From: Omnitrophica WOR_2 bacterium RIFOXYA2_FULL_38_17
GTDB taxonomy: Bacteria; Omnitrophota; Gorgyraeia; Zapsychrales; Zapsychraceae
DNA length: 64,000 nt
Direction of reading: 5' to 3'
Assembly (NCBI GenBank): GCA_001805965.1
Contig: MHHG01000028.1
Coordinates: 9,193-73,192, forward strand
Made by a program: the position numbers and the translations under genes. Below, one piece after another: positions 36,477 to 45,568 of this stretch. How positions within the stretch are numbered: the stretch's first letter is position 1; each line of letters begins with the position of its first letter. A model generated the notes under the pieces. It did no database searches and was not told where the DNA came from. It saw nothing but the letters and a program-made list of their open reading frames with translations.

Positions 36477-36779
36477 ATGGAAAAAACGGAAGTAGTTAAA
36501 AAATATGAGCTGGTGATTATTGTTGATGCTAAAGTTGCTAATGAAGAGAAGGAAGCAATTTTGAGAGATTGTACTGATACGATCGAAAAGAACAATGGCA
36601 AGATCATTAATAGTCAAGTTTGGCTTGAAAAACAAAAATTCACATTTGATATTAAAAAACGAAGCGAAGGGACTTATTATCTAGTTAATTTTGAAATTGT
36701 CGGATCAGGTATTGGTAAGATTCGTGCGGCTTTGAGACTGAAAGAAAAAGTCCTTCGTTATTTAGTAACAAAATTATAG
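36477..36779 (+). CDS. rpsF: 30S ribosomal protein bS6
   Basis: YELVII, IKKRSEGTY, VLRYL; rpsF-ssb-rpsR-rplI order. Confidence 0.9.
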   Translation: MEKTEVVKKYELVIIVDAKVANEEKEAILRDCTDTIEKNNGKIINSQVWLEKQKFTFDIKKRSEGTYYLVNFEIVGSGIGKIRAALRLKEKVLRYLVTKL

Positions 36780-36817
36780 AAATCATTAATAAGGCTTTTG
36801 TCTGTAAGGAGGATGAA

Positions 36818-37258
36818 ATGGCGAATTTAAACAAAGTGTTTTTAATCGGCAACTTAACAAGAGACCCAGAGTTACGTTATACTCCAGGTGGAACAGCGGT
36901 TGCAAATTTGGGAATTGCGGTAAACAGGAGATTCAAGGATAGTTCAGGTGAGTTGAAGGAAGAAGTATGTTTCTTGACAGTGACCGTGTGGGATAAGCAA
37001 GCGGAAGCATGCTGTCAGTATCTTACGAAAGGTAGGCCGGTATTTGTGGAAGGCGTATTGCAGTCAAGATTTTGGGAAACAACTGATGGTCAGAAAAGAA
37101 GCGCAATTGATGTCAGGGCAGAAAGAGTACAATTTTTAGGTAGTTATGGTGATGGCTCAAAAGACAAAGATATAAACAAAGAGGAGTTAGTAGGGGCTCC
37201 TGATATTATCGGGTTGTCAGAAACTATTAAGCCTGAAGACATTGCCTGGGACGAATAA
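36818..37258 (+). CDS. ssb: Single-stranded DNA-binding protein
   Basis: NKVFLIGNLTRDPELRYT, KGRPVFVEG; atypical C-terminus EDIAWDE. Confidence 0.95.
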   Translation: MANLNKVFLIGNLTRDPELRYTPGGTAVANLGIAVNRRFKDSSGELKEEVCFLTVTVWDKQAEACCQYLTKGRPVFVEGVLQSRFWETTDGQKRSAIDVRAERVQFLGSYGDGSKDKDINKEELVGAPDIIGLSETIKPEDIAWDE

Positions 37259-37284
37259 TAATTCTAGGAAGGAAAGAATAATTC

Positions 37285-37539
37285 ATGAAAAAGAAATTAA
37301 TGAAGCCAAGAAGAAATTTTAATGGCCGTCAAAGAAATACGGCAAAATATCAAATGTCCAAAGATACTGATATTAACTACAAGAATATTAGTTTGCTTCA
37401 GAAATATTTGAATGACAGAGGAAAGGTTGTTCCCAGAAGAATAACCGGTGTTACTGCAAAAGATCAAAGACGTTTGATAGAAGCAATCAAAAATGCAAGG
37501 TTCTTAAGTTTACTTATTACGGGAGGAGTGAAAAAATAG
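37285..37539 (+). CDS. rpsR: 30S ribosomal protein bS18, zinc-independent (C-) form
   Basis: [18 protein letters not shown]...AIKNAR; no Cys or His. Confidence 0.92.
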   Translation: MKKKLMKPRRNFNGRQRNTAKYQMSKDTDINYKNISLLQKYLNDRGKVVPRRITGVTAKDQRRLIEAIKNARFLSLLITGGVKK

Positions 37540-37541
37540 CC

Positions 37542-37985
37542 ATGGAAGTAATTCTATCACAAAATGTAGCTAGTTTAGGAAAAACTGGTGAGGTTGTAAA
37601 AGTTAAGGATGGTTATGCTCGTAACTTTCTTATTCCAAAGAAATTAGCTTACATAGCTAGTGCGACGAATTTAAAGAGGATCGAACAGCAAGAAAAGAAA
37701 CGTAAGCTTGCATATGAATCTGAAAAGAAAAAAGCTGAGACGTTAGCTGAACAATTAAACAAGGCTTCTTGTACTGTTGCAGCAGAAGTTAACGATTTGG
37801 ATAAATTATACGGAGCAATCAGTGAAACAGAAATAATTAAGGCTTTAGAAGTTGAAGGGTTCAACGTTGATAAAAAAGACATAGTTGTTGAAAAGCCGAT
37901 TGAAGAGTTGGGTATATTTGAAGTTTTTGTTAAACTCCATCCAGAGGTGACTGCAAAAGTGCGATTATGGGTCACGAAGAAATAA
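37542..37985 (+). CDS. rplI: 50S ribosomal protein bL9
   Basis: MEVIL, VKDGYARNFLIP, KLYGAI, LHPEV. Confidence 0.96.
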   Translation: MEVILSQNVASLGKTGEVVKVKDGYARNFLIPKKLAYIASATNLKRIEQQEKKRKLAYESEKKKAETLAEQLNKASCTVAAEVNDLDKLYGAISETEIIKALEVEGFNVDKKDIVVEKPIEELGIFEVFVKLHPEVTAKVRLWVTKK

Positions 37986-39298
37986 GGATTCCTCCTCAGA
38001 ATATTGCTGCGGAAAAGTCTGTTTTAGGATCAATGCTGATTGATGAAGATGCTATAGGTATAGCAGTTGAGATCCTTAACGAGACTTTGTTTTATGATGA
38101 TGCACATCGTAAAATTTACAAAGCAATTATTGATCTATATAATTCAAGAAAGAATGTAGATCTGATTACGTTATCTGATAATTTAAAAAGCGACGGCTTT
38201 TTAGAAGATATCGGCGGCGTTGCTTATCTGTCCACAATAGTCGATTTTGTCCCTACCTCCGCAAACGTTGAGCATTATGCTCAAATTGTCAAAGAAAAAG
38301 GCATTTTAAGAAAACTAATAAAAAATTCAACTCAGATCGTTACAGAATGTTTCAGCGCTACCGGTAAAGTTGAAGATGTTGTAGATAATGCTGAAAGATT
38401 AATCTTTGAAATTGCTGAATTAAAACAAAATCAACAATCCTATCAAATTAAAGACCTGATCAAGGAGGGTATGGAGAACCTTGATAAGCTTTATCAAAGA
38501 AAAGAACATATTACCGGAGTTGCCAGCGGTTTTGATAAGATAGACAAGATGACTTCAGGTTTGCAGAAGTCAGACTTGATCATAGTTGCAGGAAGGCCTT
38601 CGATGGGTAAAAGCGCTCTGGCCGTATCAATTGCTGAAAATGTAAGTATTATTGGTGGCAAGAATGTTGCTATCTTTAGCTTAGAGATGTCTAAGGAGCA
38701 ATTGGTTCAGAGAATGCTTTGTTCGCAGGCAAGAGTTGACGCTCACAAGGTGAGGTCAGGGTTTTTATCTCCATCAGATTGGCCAAAACTGACTTCAGCA
38801 GCGGCAAAACTGTCTGGTTCTAAAATATTTATTGATGATACACCAGCTATATCGGCATTGGAATTGAGAGCAAAATCAAGGAGATTGAAAGCGAATTATG
38901 GTCTTGATCTGATAATTCTTGATTATCTTCAGCTTATGAGAGGTTCTATCAAGTCAGATAGTCGCCAACAAGAAATTTCAGAAATCTCACGTTCTTTAAA
39001 GGCATTGGCAAGAGAATTAAGCGTACCTTTTATAGCATTAAGCCAGTTGTCTAGAGCAGTCGAGGCAAGGCAGGATCATCGGCCTCAATTGTCTGATTTA
39101 AGGGAGTCTGGAGCTATTGAGCAGGACGCAGATGTTGTTGTTTTGCTGATGAGAGAAGAATATTACAACCCTACAGAAGAGAATAGAGGCATTGCGGATG
39201 TAATAATTGCAAAACAAAGAAATGGTCCGGTTGGAACCATAAAGCTTCAATTCACAAAGGAATATATGCGCTTTGAAAATCTTGCACATGTTGATTGA
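37967..39298 (+). CDS. dnaB: Replicative DNA helicase
   Basis: PPQNIAAE, GRPSMGKS, DYLQL, SQLSR, LRESGAIEQDAD, KQRNGP; no intein. Confidence 0.97.
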   Translation: MGHEEIRIPPQNIAAEKSVLGSMLIDEDAIGIAVEILNETLFYDDAHRKIYKAIIDLYNSRKNVDLITLSDNLKSDGFLEDIGGVAYLSTIVDFVPTSANVEHYAQIVKEKGILRKLIKNSTQIVTECFSATGKVEDVVDNAERLIFEIAELKQNQQSYQIKDLIKEGMENLDKLYQRKEHITGVASGFDKIDKMTSGLQKSDLIIVAGRPSMGKSALAVSIAENVSIIGGKNVAIFSLEMSKEQLVQRMLCSQARVDAHKVRSGFLSPSDWPKLTSAAAKLSGSKIFIDDTPAISALELRAKSRRLKANYGLDLIILDYLQLMRGSIKSDSRQQEISEISRSLKALARELSVPFIALSQLSRAVEARQDHRPQLSDLRESGAIEQDADVVVLLMREEYYNPTEENRGIADVIIAKQRNGPVGTIKLQFTKEYMRFENLAHVD

Positions 39299-39323
39299 CA
39301 GTTGCAAATATTGACTTTATAAT
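39295..39323 (+). promoter_or_regulatory. Perfect-consensus sigma70 promoter for bamA, overlapping the dnaB stop codon
   Basis: TTGACA-17 nt-TATAAT. Confidence 0.8.
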
Positions 39324-39369
39324 CAGACAAATCAATCAAACCAATCATTAACAATATGGACTATTAACA

Positions 39370-41673
39370 ATGAAAAAAATATTAATATTCTTATTACTCC
39401 TTTTATTTACTGTTATTTTTATTAATAGCAAAACAGGCTTTGCCCAAAGCACAGAAACAAAAGTTGTTAAAGCTATTGAGGTTAAAGGAAATAATACGAT
39501 TGGTATAGCGACTATTCTTTCTAAAATTAAAACACGAGTTGGACAGGAATATCTTCAGTCGGTTGTTAGTGATGACCTGAAAAGGCTATATAACACAGGT
39601 TATTTTTCTGATGTGAAGGTTGATAGGGTAAATTATGAAGATGGTTTAAAGGTCATGATATATTTAGAGGAAAAGCCAATAGTTGAAGAAGTTACTTTTT
39701 CCAAAACGAAATATATTAAGGCGAAATCTTTAAAAAGGAAAATAAAGACTACAGCAGGCAAGTTTTTGGATAAAAAAGACTTGAAGGATGATATAGATAC
39801 GATCAAGGAGCTTTACTCTAAAAAAGGATTTATCCAGGCTGAGGTTGAAGAAGAGGTTTTTGCAGATGAAGTAACAAATAAAGTTAGTATACATTTTATT
39901 GTCAGAGAAGGGTATCGTGTAAGGATCAAAAATATAAACGTTCTTGGTAATGAAGCATATAAAAAGAAAAAGATCCTCAGGATTATAAAGGCCCGTAAAA
40001 GATCCATTTTTACCGGTGGTTATTTGAAGGAGGATATACTTAAAGAAGATATGGGAAGGATAACTTCTTTCTATGAGCAAAATGGATTTATTGATGCTAA
40101 CGCCAGCTATACGGTAGAAACTTTATATAAAGGGCGTATTGAGATTAATATCAAAATAAATGAAGGTAAAAGGTATTCAGTCGGCAACGTTGTTGTTTTA
40201 GGCAACAGGATACTTTCGGACAAAGAAGTATTTTCAGTAATGGAATATATCGAGGAAGGCAATGTTTTTAGCAGGGAAAAACTTGGAGTTGACCTCGCAG
40301 CCATTCGAACATTGTATTTTGACAGAGGATATATTTTTGCTAATGTCGAAGAATCGACATCGCTTGATACTAACACGGGAAAAGTTGAAGTTAAGATCAA
40401 TATAGTCGAGGGCGGTCTAGCTTATATTGAGAAGATCAAAGTCCAGGGCAACACTAGAACTAGAGATATTGTTATTAGAAGAGAATTAAGGATGTTTCCC
40501 GGGGATAGATTTGATGGTACAAAATTAAGAAGAAGCAAGGAGCGTCTAAGTAATCTGGGATATTTTGAAGAAGTTGATTTTGATATCGAGGATACAGATG
40601 CTTATGATAGAAAGAACTTAGTTGTTCAGGTAAAGGAAGCGAAAACAGGGACTTTTAGTTTTGGAGGCGGGTTCAGTACTGTTGACCAGGTTGTTGGCTT
40701 TGTTGAAATTGAACAAAGGAACTTTGATTTTGCAAATTGGCCAACGTTCACAGGTGGTGGCCAGCAGTTGAAGGTGCGAGCAGAGACAGGTTCCACAAAG
40801 AACAATCTTCTTTTGAGTTTTACGGAGCCATGGATATTTGATTATCCTGTTTCTGGCGGCTTTGACATTTATAGAAGAGTAAGGGAGCGCGAAGAGAATA
40901 CTGGCTATGCTTATGATGAAGAAAGAATCGGAGGGATGATTCGCTTTGGAAAACAGTTCTCAGATATTGTTTCAGGGGGTATCTCATATAAGCGCGAGGA
41001 AGTAACTATTGAAAACTTTGAGACTGGTGTCTCGTCTGACCTTATTGATGAGGAAGGCACTAATACTACGAGCATGGTCGGGATTACCTTATCAAGAGAT
41101 ACTAGAGACAGTGTTTTTTCTCCGACAAAAGGCTTGTCTTTAAGCGGTGGTTTTGATGTCGCTGGCAGTGTTCTTGGCGGAGATAAAGATTTCTTTAGGC
41201 TTCAGGGCAGGTCAAGCTATTACATTCCTTTGAAATTTAAATCTGTTTTAGAGTTTAGGGTTCAAGGTGGTTATGTAAATGCATTTGATGATTCTAGTAA
41301 AGTCCCTATCTTTGAGAGGTTCTTCGCTGGTGGTGCTAGTACAATCAGAGGGTACGATGAAAGAAAAGTTGGGCCTCTTGATTCTAGTACGAAGGATCCA
41401 ATCGGTGGCGAGAGTATGCTAGTTGCTAATGTTGAGTATACGATTCCGCTGATCGATTTTATTAAGCTTGCAGCATTTTTTGATGCCGGAAATGTTTGGC
41501 CTACAATAGAGGATTTTGGATTAGGTGATTTTAAATCCGGCATGGGGTTGGGCTTAAGGGTTAAAACGCCAGTTGGCCCCATCAACCTTGATTATGGTTA
41601 TCCGTTGAATGAGGAACCTGGTGAAGAAGGCAAATCTGGTAAATTTTATTTCAGTGTAAGTCGAGGATTTTAA
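39370..41673 (+). CDS. bamA: Outer membrane protein assembly factor BamA
   Basis: Signal peptide, five POTRA repeats, IRGY motif, C-terminal Phe. Confidence 0.96.
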   Translation: MKKILIFLLLLLFTVIFINSKTGFAQSTETKVVKAIEVKGNNTIGIATILSKIKTRVGQEYLQSVVSDDLKRLYNTGYFSDVKVDRVNYEDGLKVMIYLEEKPIVEEVTFSKTKYIKAKSLKRKIKTTAGKFLDKKDLKDDIDTIKELYSKKGFIQAEVEEEVFADEVTNKVSIHFIVREGYRVRIKNINVLGNEAYKKKKILRIIKARKRSIFTGGYLKEDILKEDMGRITSFYEQNGFIDANASYTVETLYKGRIEINIKINEGKRYSVGNVVVLGNRILSDKEVFSVMEYIEEGNVFSREKLGVDLAAIRTLYFDRGYIFANVEESTSLDTNTGKVEVKINIVEGGLAYIEKIKVQGNTRTRDIVIRRELRMFPGDRFDGTKLRRSKERLSNLGYFEEVDFDIEDTDAYDRKNLVVQVKEAKTGTFSFGGGFSTVDQVVGFVEIEQRNFDFANWPTFTGGGQQLKVRAETGSTKNNLLLSFTEPWIFDYPVSGGFDIYRRVREREENTGYAYDEERIGGMIRFGKQFSDIVSGGISYKREEVTIENFETGVSSDLIDEEGTNTTSMVGITLSRDTRDSVFSPTKGLSLSGGFDVAGSVLGGDKDFFRLQGRSSYYIPLKFKSVLEFRVQGGYVNAFDDSSKVPIFERFFAGGASTIRGYDERKVGPLDSSTKDPIGGESMLVANVEYTIPLIDFIKLAAFFDAGNVWPTIEDFGLGDFKSGMGLGLRVKTPVGPINLDYGYPLNEEPGEEGKSGKFYFSVSRGF

Positions 41674-41682
41674 AAAAGGAGG

Positions 41683-42201
41683 ATGTTAATGAAAATTTTA
41701 AGACTAGTTGTTCTTTTTTCTGTAGCGGTGTTTTTGATGACATCAAATTCTTATGCGCAGAATAAAGATGGGAAAATGGGATATGTGGATATTAGCCGTT
41801 TATTTGACAGCTATTATAAGACAAAAGAGTATGACGAGATTTTAAATGGAAAACATACTGCTTTTCAGGAAGAAGTCAAAGGCAAAGTAGAAGAGATCAA
41901 AGAAAAAGAAAGCAAATTGGTTTTGCTTGCTGATGACAAAAAAGCGGACCTTGAAACAGAAATTGAAACAATGAGAACGAGCCTTTTGGAATTTGACCGC
42001 CAGAAGAAAACTGATTTAACGAAAGAGCGTAATGAGAAGATCCAAGAACTGCTTCTTGAGATCGAACATATTATCAGTAATTATGCTGAAAAGGAAAATT
42101 ATTCAGTTATCTTGAATGACAGGGTTTTAATTTATGGAAATCCGGCGCTTGATTTAACAGCAGAAATTCTAAAAATTTTAAATGAGAATGAAGCGAAGTA
42201 G
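41683..42201 (+). CDS. skp: OmpH/Skp periplasmic chaperone
   Basis: Signal peptide, GYVD, coiled coil, DLT; sits between bamA and lpxD. Confidence 0.9.
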   Translation: MLMKILRLVVLFSVAVFLMTSNSYAQNKDGKMGYVDISRLFDSYYKTKEYDEILNGKHTAFQEEVKGKVEEIKEKESKLVLLADDKKADLETEIETMRTSLLEFDRQKKTDLTKERNEKIQELLLEIEHIISNYAEKENYSVILNDRVLIYGNPALDLTAEILKILNENEAK

Positions 42202-42228
42202 TTTGTTTTATAAAGAATAGAGGACAAG

Positions 42229-42294
42229 AATAGGGGACAGCACCCTATTTTTATTCAAAGAAAAATTAGAGAAAATAGGGTGCTGTCCCCTATT
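42229..42294. repeat. REP/REPIN-like nested palindrome: perfect 23-bp inverted repeat with a 20-nt spacer
   Basis: AATAGGGGACAGCACCCTATTTT (42229-42251) and its exact reverse complement (42272-42294); each arm is itself a hairpin, AATAGGG-N7-CCCTATT. Confidence 0.8.
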
Positions 42295-42310
42295 TAAAAT
42301 AGGAAATGAT

Positions 42311-43351
42311 ATGCAAAAGACCTTAGCCGAGATAGCAGAATTGATCGGGGGCGAGGTTGTTGGTGATAGGACATTAGTTATAACAGGGGTTAACGGTATC
42401 CATGAGGCAAAAGAAGGCGAGTTGACCTTTGTTTCAAATTCTAAATATGTGCCAATTGCTAAGGAAACTAAAGCTTCAGCAATAATCATATCCAGGGATA
42501 TGTCGATCCCCGGGAAAACAGTAATTCTCACCGATAGACCCTCTATTGCTTTTACAGAAGTTATTTCTTTGTTTGCTTCAGCAGGCCAGTCTAATTTTAA
42601 AGGCATACATGCCTCAGCAGTGATTGCTGATGATGCTTTAATTGGGAAGAATGTTTCTGTCGGTCCAAACGTTATCATAGAAGATGGTGTCTCAATTGGA
42701 GATGGTTGTGTTATTTATGGCGGTGTTTTTATCGGGCACAAAACAGCAATAGGTAATAATTGCATTTTTTATCCCAATGTTGTTCTCATGCACCGTTCAA
42801 TAATAGGCAACAATGTAATTATTCACAGCGGAACAGTTGTTGGGTCTGATGGCTTTGGTTATGAGCAGGTTGACGGGAAACATAAAAAGATCCCTCAGAT
42901 TGGAATTGTTGTTATTGAGGATGATGTAGAGATCGGCGCAAATGTTACTATTGACAGGGCAAGGTTCGATAAAACTTTTATCGGGCGGGGCACTAAAATT
43001 GATAATTTAGTTCAGGTGGCTCATAATGTTTCAATTGGCGAGGATTGTATTATTATATCGCAAGTTGGCATCTCAGGAAGTGTCAGTATCGGCAAGAATG
43101 CAATATTGGCGGGTCAGGTCGGAGTTGTAGGCCATTTGACGATCGGTGAAGGAGCGCTTATAACTGCGCAAAGCGCTGTAATGAAATCCGTACCGCCTTT
43201 TACCAAAGCACTGGGTTCACCAGCTAGGGCCTATGCGGACCAAATGAAGATCAATGCATGCACTCAAAAACTTCCTTTATATATCAAAGAGATAAAGGAA
43301 TTAAAAAAACAAGTTAAAGAACTTAAGGAAAAGATAGATAGTGTCAGTTAA
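42311..43351 (+). CDS. lpxD: UDP-3-O-acylglucosamine N-acyltransferase
   Basis: DGFGY, IDRA, KIDNLVQVAHNV, hexapeptide repeats. Confidence 0.96.
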   Translation: MQKTLAEIAELIGGEVVGDRTLVITGVNGIHEAKEGELTFVSNSKYVPIAKETKASAIIISRDMSIPGKTVILTDRPSIAFTEVISLFASAGQSNFKGIHASAVIADDALIGKNVSVGPNVIIEDGVSIGDGCVIYGGVFIGHKTAIGNNCIFYPNVVLMHRSIIGNNVIIHSGTVVGSDGFGYEQVDGKHKKIPQIGIVVIEDDVEIGANVTIDRARFDKTFIGRGTKIDNLVQVAHNVSIGEDCIIISQVGISGSVSIGKNAILAGQVGVVGHLTIGEGALITAQSAVMKSVPPFTKALGSPARAYADQMKINACTQKLPLYIKEIKELKKQVKELKEKIDSVS

Positions 43352-44675
43352 ACAAAGAACAATCAAGCAGGAGTTTTCAATCTCGGGCATAGGGCTTCAT
43401 ACAGGGGTTTCTGTCGATGTAAAATTTAAACCAGCTGAAGTGAATGTTGGCATAGTTTTTATCAGGATAGATTTGAAAGATAAACATATTATTAGAGTGT
43501 CTCCTGAAAATGTTTTTTCAGATCTGCAAGGGACCCGCTGTACTTCATTGGGCACAAAAGATGTACAGGTTAGGACTGTCGAGCATTTAATGAGTGTTCT
43601 ATGCGGATTGAATATCAGCAATCTTATTGTTGAAGTTAATGCTGAAGAGATACCGGGGATGTGTGGCAGCGCCAAAGAGATCTTATATGCATTTAAAAAG
43701 GCCGGTGTTGTGGAACAAGATGCTGATCAAGAATTTTATGAAATTAAGGAGCCGATAGGCGTTCAGAGTAAAGACGCATCAATTTATATCGTTCCATCTC
43801 AAGATTTCAAGATATCTTATACTTTGGATTATGATCATCCATATCTCAGATCACAGTTTTTTAGCATTAATGTCACTTCTGAATCTTTTGAAAATGAGAT
43901 CGCGCCATGCAGGACCTTTTGTGTTGAGTCAGAAGCGGCAGAGCTAAAAGCAAGAGGGCTTGGAAAAGGTGCAAGTTATAAGAACACGCTTGTTGTTGGT
44001 AAAGACGGAGTCCTCGAGAATGAAACGCTTTTTAAGGATGAGTTCGCACGTCATAAGATATTAGATTTCATAGGAGATCTTTATTTGTTCGGGATGCCGA
44101 TCAAGGGCCATGTTTTTGCTGTCAGAAGCGGGCATAAATTGAATTTAGAACTACTAAAAAAAATATACAGACAAAAAGAAAAAAATAAAAAGAATACTGT
44201 TGTTCCAGTTTTTAATGAAGAAGGAAGAAGGGAGATCAATATAAACGGGATCATGCAGATACTTCCCCATAGATACCCGTTCTTGCTTATTGATAGGGTC
44301 GTTGAGGTTGAAAAAGGGAGAAAAGCAATTGGCTTGAAGAATGTTACTATTAATGAGAATTTTTTTCAGGGACATTTTCCGACGAATCCTGTTATGCCTG
44401 GAGTGCTGATGGTTGAGGCAATGGCCCAGACTGCGGGCGTTATGATGTTGACTGATGAAGACCGCCACGGCAGGCTGGCTTTTTTTATGGCAATCGATAA
44501 AGTAAAATTCAGAAAGGTTGTCAGCCCTGGTGACCAATTGATCATTGAAGTTGAAGTGATAAAAGACAGGACGAGAGTGGCTCAAGTCAAGGGTTCTTCA
44601 AAAGTTAATGGTGAAGTTGTTGCTGAAGCGGATATGATGTTCTCTTTTGCGCCTTCATCTTTTTTGAATCAATAA
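43341..44675 (+). CDS. lpxC-fabZ: Fused LpxC deacetylase - FabZ dehydratase
   Basis: GIGLHTG, TVEH, HKILD, SGH, then PHRYPFLL, GHFP, EAMAQ. Confidence 0.95.
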   Translation: MSVKQRTIKQEFSISGIGLHTGVSVDVKFKPAEVNVGIVFIRIDLKDKHIIRVSPENVFSDLQGTRCTSLGTKDVQVRTVEHLMSVLCGLNISNLIVEVNAEEIPGMCGSAKEILYAFKKAGVVEQDADQEFYEIKEPIGVQSKDASIYIVPSQDFKISYTLDYDHPYLRSQFFSINVTSESFENEIAPCRTFCVESEAAELKARGLGKGASYKNTLVVGKDGVLENETLFKDEFARHKILDFIGDLYLFGMPIKGHVFAVRSGHKLNLELLKKIYRQKEKNKKNTVVPVFNEEGRREININGIMQILPHRYPFLLIDRVVEVEKGRKAIGLKNVTINENFFQGHFPTNPVMPGVLMVEAMAQTAGVMMLTDEDRHGRLAFFMAIDKVKFRKVVSPGDQLIIEVEVIKDRTRVAQVKGSSKVNGEVVAEADMMFSFAPSSFLNQ

Positions 44676-44737
44676 ACAAGATTATATGTTTTTAAAAGTG
44701 GCAATTTCATTTAAAATATATTTAATAGGAAGATAAT

Positions 44738-45523
44738 ATGGAAAATGTAAATATTCATAAGACAGCTATCATTCATTCCGGGGCAAAAGTGTCTCCAGGC
44801 GTTTCAATAGGGCCTTATTCAGTAATAGATAGCGATGTTACATTGGGGGACAATGTTCGTATTGGAAGCCATTGTGTGATCACTGGACAAACTAAAATTG
44901 GACGTAATTGTAAGATCTATACAGGGGCGGTAGTGGGAAGCGCCCCTCAGGATAAGAAACATTCTTCTGACGATAATGTTTTTTTGAACATAGGCGAGAA
45001 CAATGTAATCAGGGAATATGTGACGATCAACACCGGCACGGCAGAAGGTGGCGGCAAAACGGTTATATGTGATAATAACCTGATGATGGCGTATGCTCAT
45101 GTCGCGCATGATTGTGTTATTGGTAATAATTGTATTATGGCAAATGCTGCAACTCTTGGAGGGCATGTTGTCTTAGAAGATAATGCTATGATAGGTGGCT
45201 TTTCAGCTGTTCACCAGTTTACTAGGATCGGACGCTTAGCTATTGTGGGGGGGTGTTCAAAGGTTGTTCAGGATGTTCCGCCATTCTCAATGTGCGATGG
45301 GCATCCGGCAAAAGTCATTAAAATCAATTCCGTCGGGCTAAAACGTGCAGGCATTTCCAGCGAGGTAGCTGGAAATCTCAAGAAAGCTTTTAAGATCCTT
45401 TTTAGGCAGGGACTATCAAAAACAAATGCAGTAAAAAAGGCGCTTGAAGAAGTTCCTAATTGTCCAGAAATAGAACACTTGATATTTTTTATAAAGACTT
45501 CTGATAGGGGTTTGTGCGGTTAG
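44738..45523 (+). CDS. lpxA: Acyl-ACP--UDP-GlcNAc acyltransferase
   Basis: PQDKK, HVAHDC, HQF, QDVPP, NSVGLKR. Confidence 0.96.
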   Translation: MENVNIHKTAIIHSGAKVSPGVSIGPYSVIDSDVTLGDNVRIGSHCVITGQTKIGRNCKIYTGAVVGSAPQDKKHSSDDNVFLNIGENNVIREYVTINTGTAEGGGKTVICDNNLMMAYAHVAHDCVIGNNCIMANAATLGGHVVLEDNAMIGGFSAVHQFTRIGRLAIVGGCSKVVQDVPPFSMCDGHPAKVIKINSVGLKRAGISSEVAGNLKKAFKILFRQGLSKTNAVKKALEEVPNCPEIEHLIFFIKTSDRGLCG

Positions 45524-45555
45524 CGAGTTAATTATAAGGCTCGCTGATTTCTTTT
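45520..45555 (+). terminator. Possible intrinsic terminator between lpxA and lpxI
   Basis: TTAGCGAGTT/GGCTCGCTGA stem (3 G-U pairs) followed by TTTCTTTT. Confidence 0.5.
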
Positions 45556-45568
45556 AAAGATTATACAT

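Noticed and set aside
37967-39298. Intein in DnaB
   Set aside because: 443 aa is normal length and the motifs are contiguous
42208-42678. 156-aa minus-strand ORF
   Set aside because: Antisense to lpxD, read through the palindromic repeat
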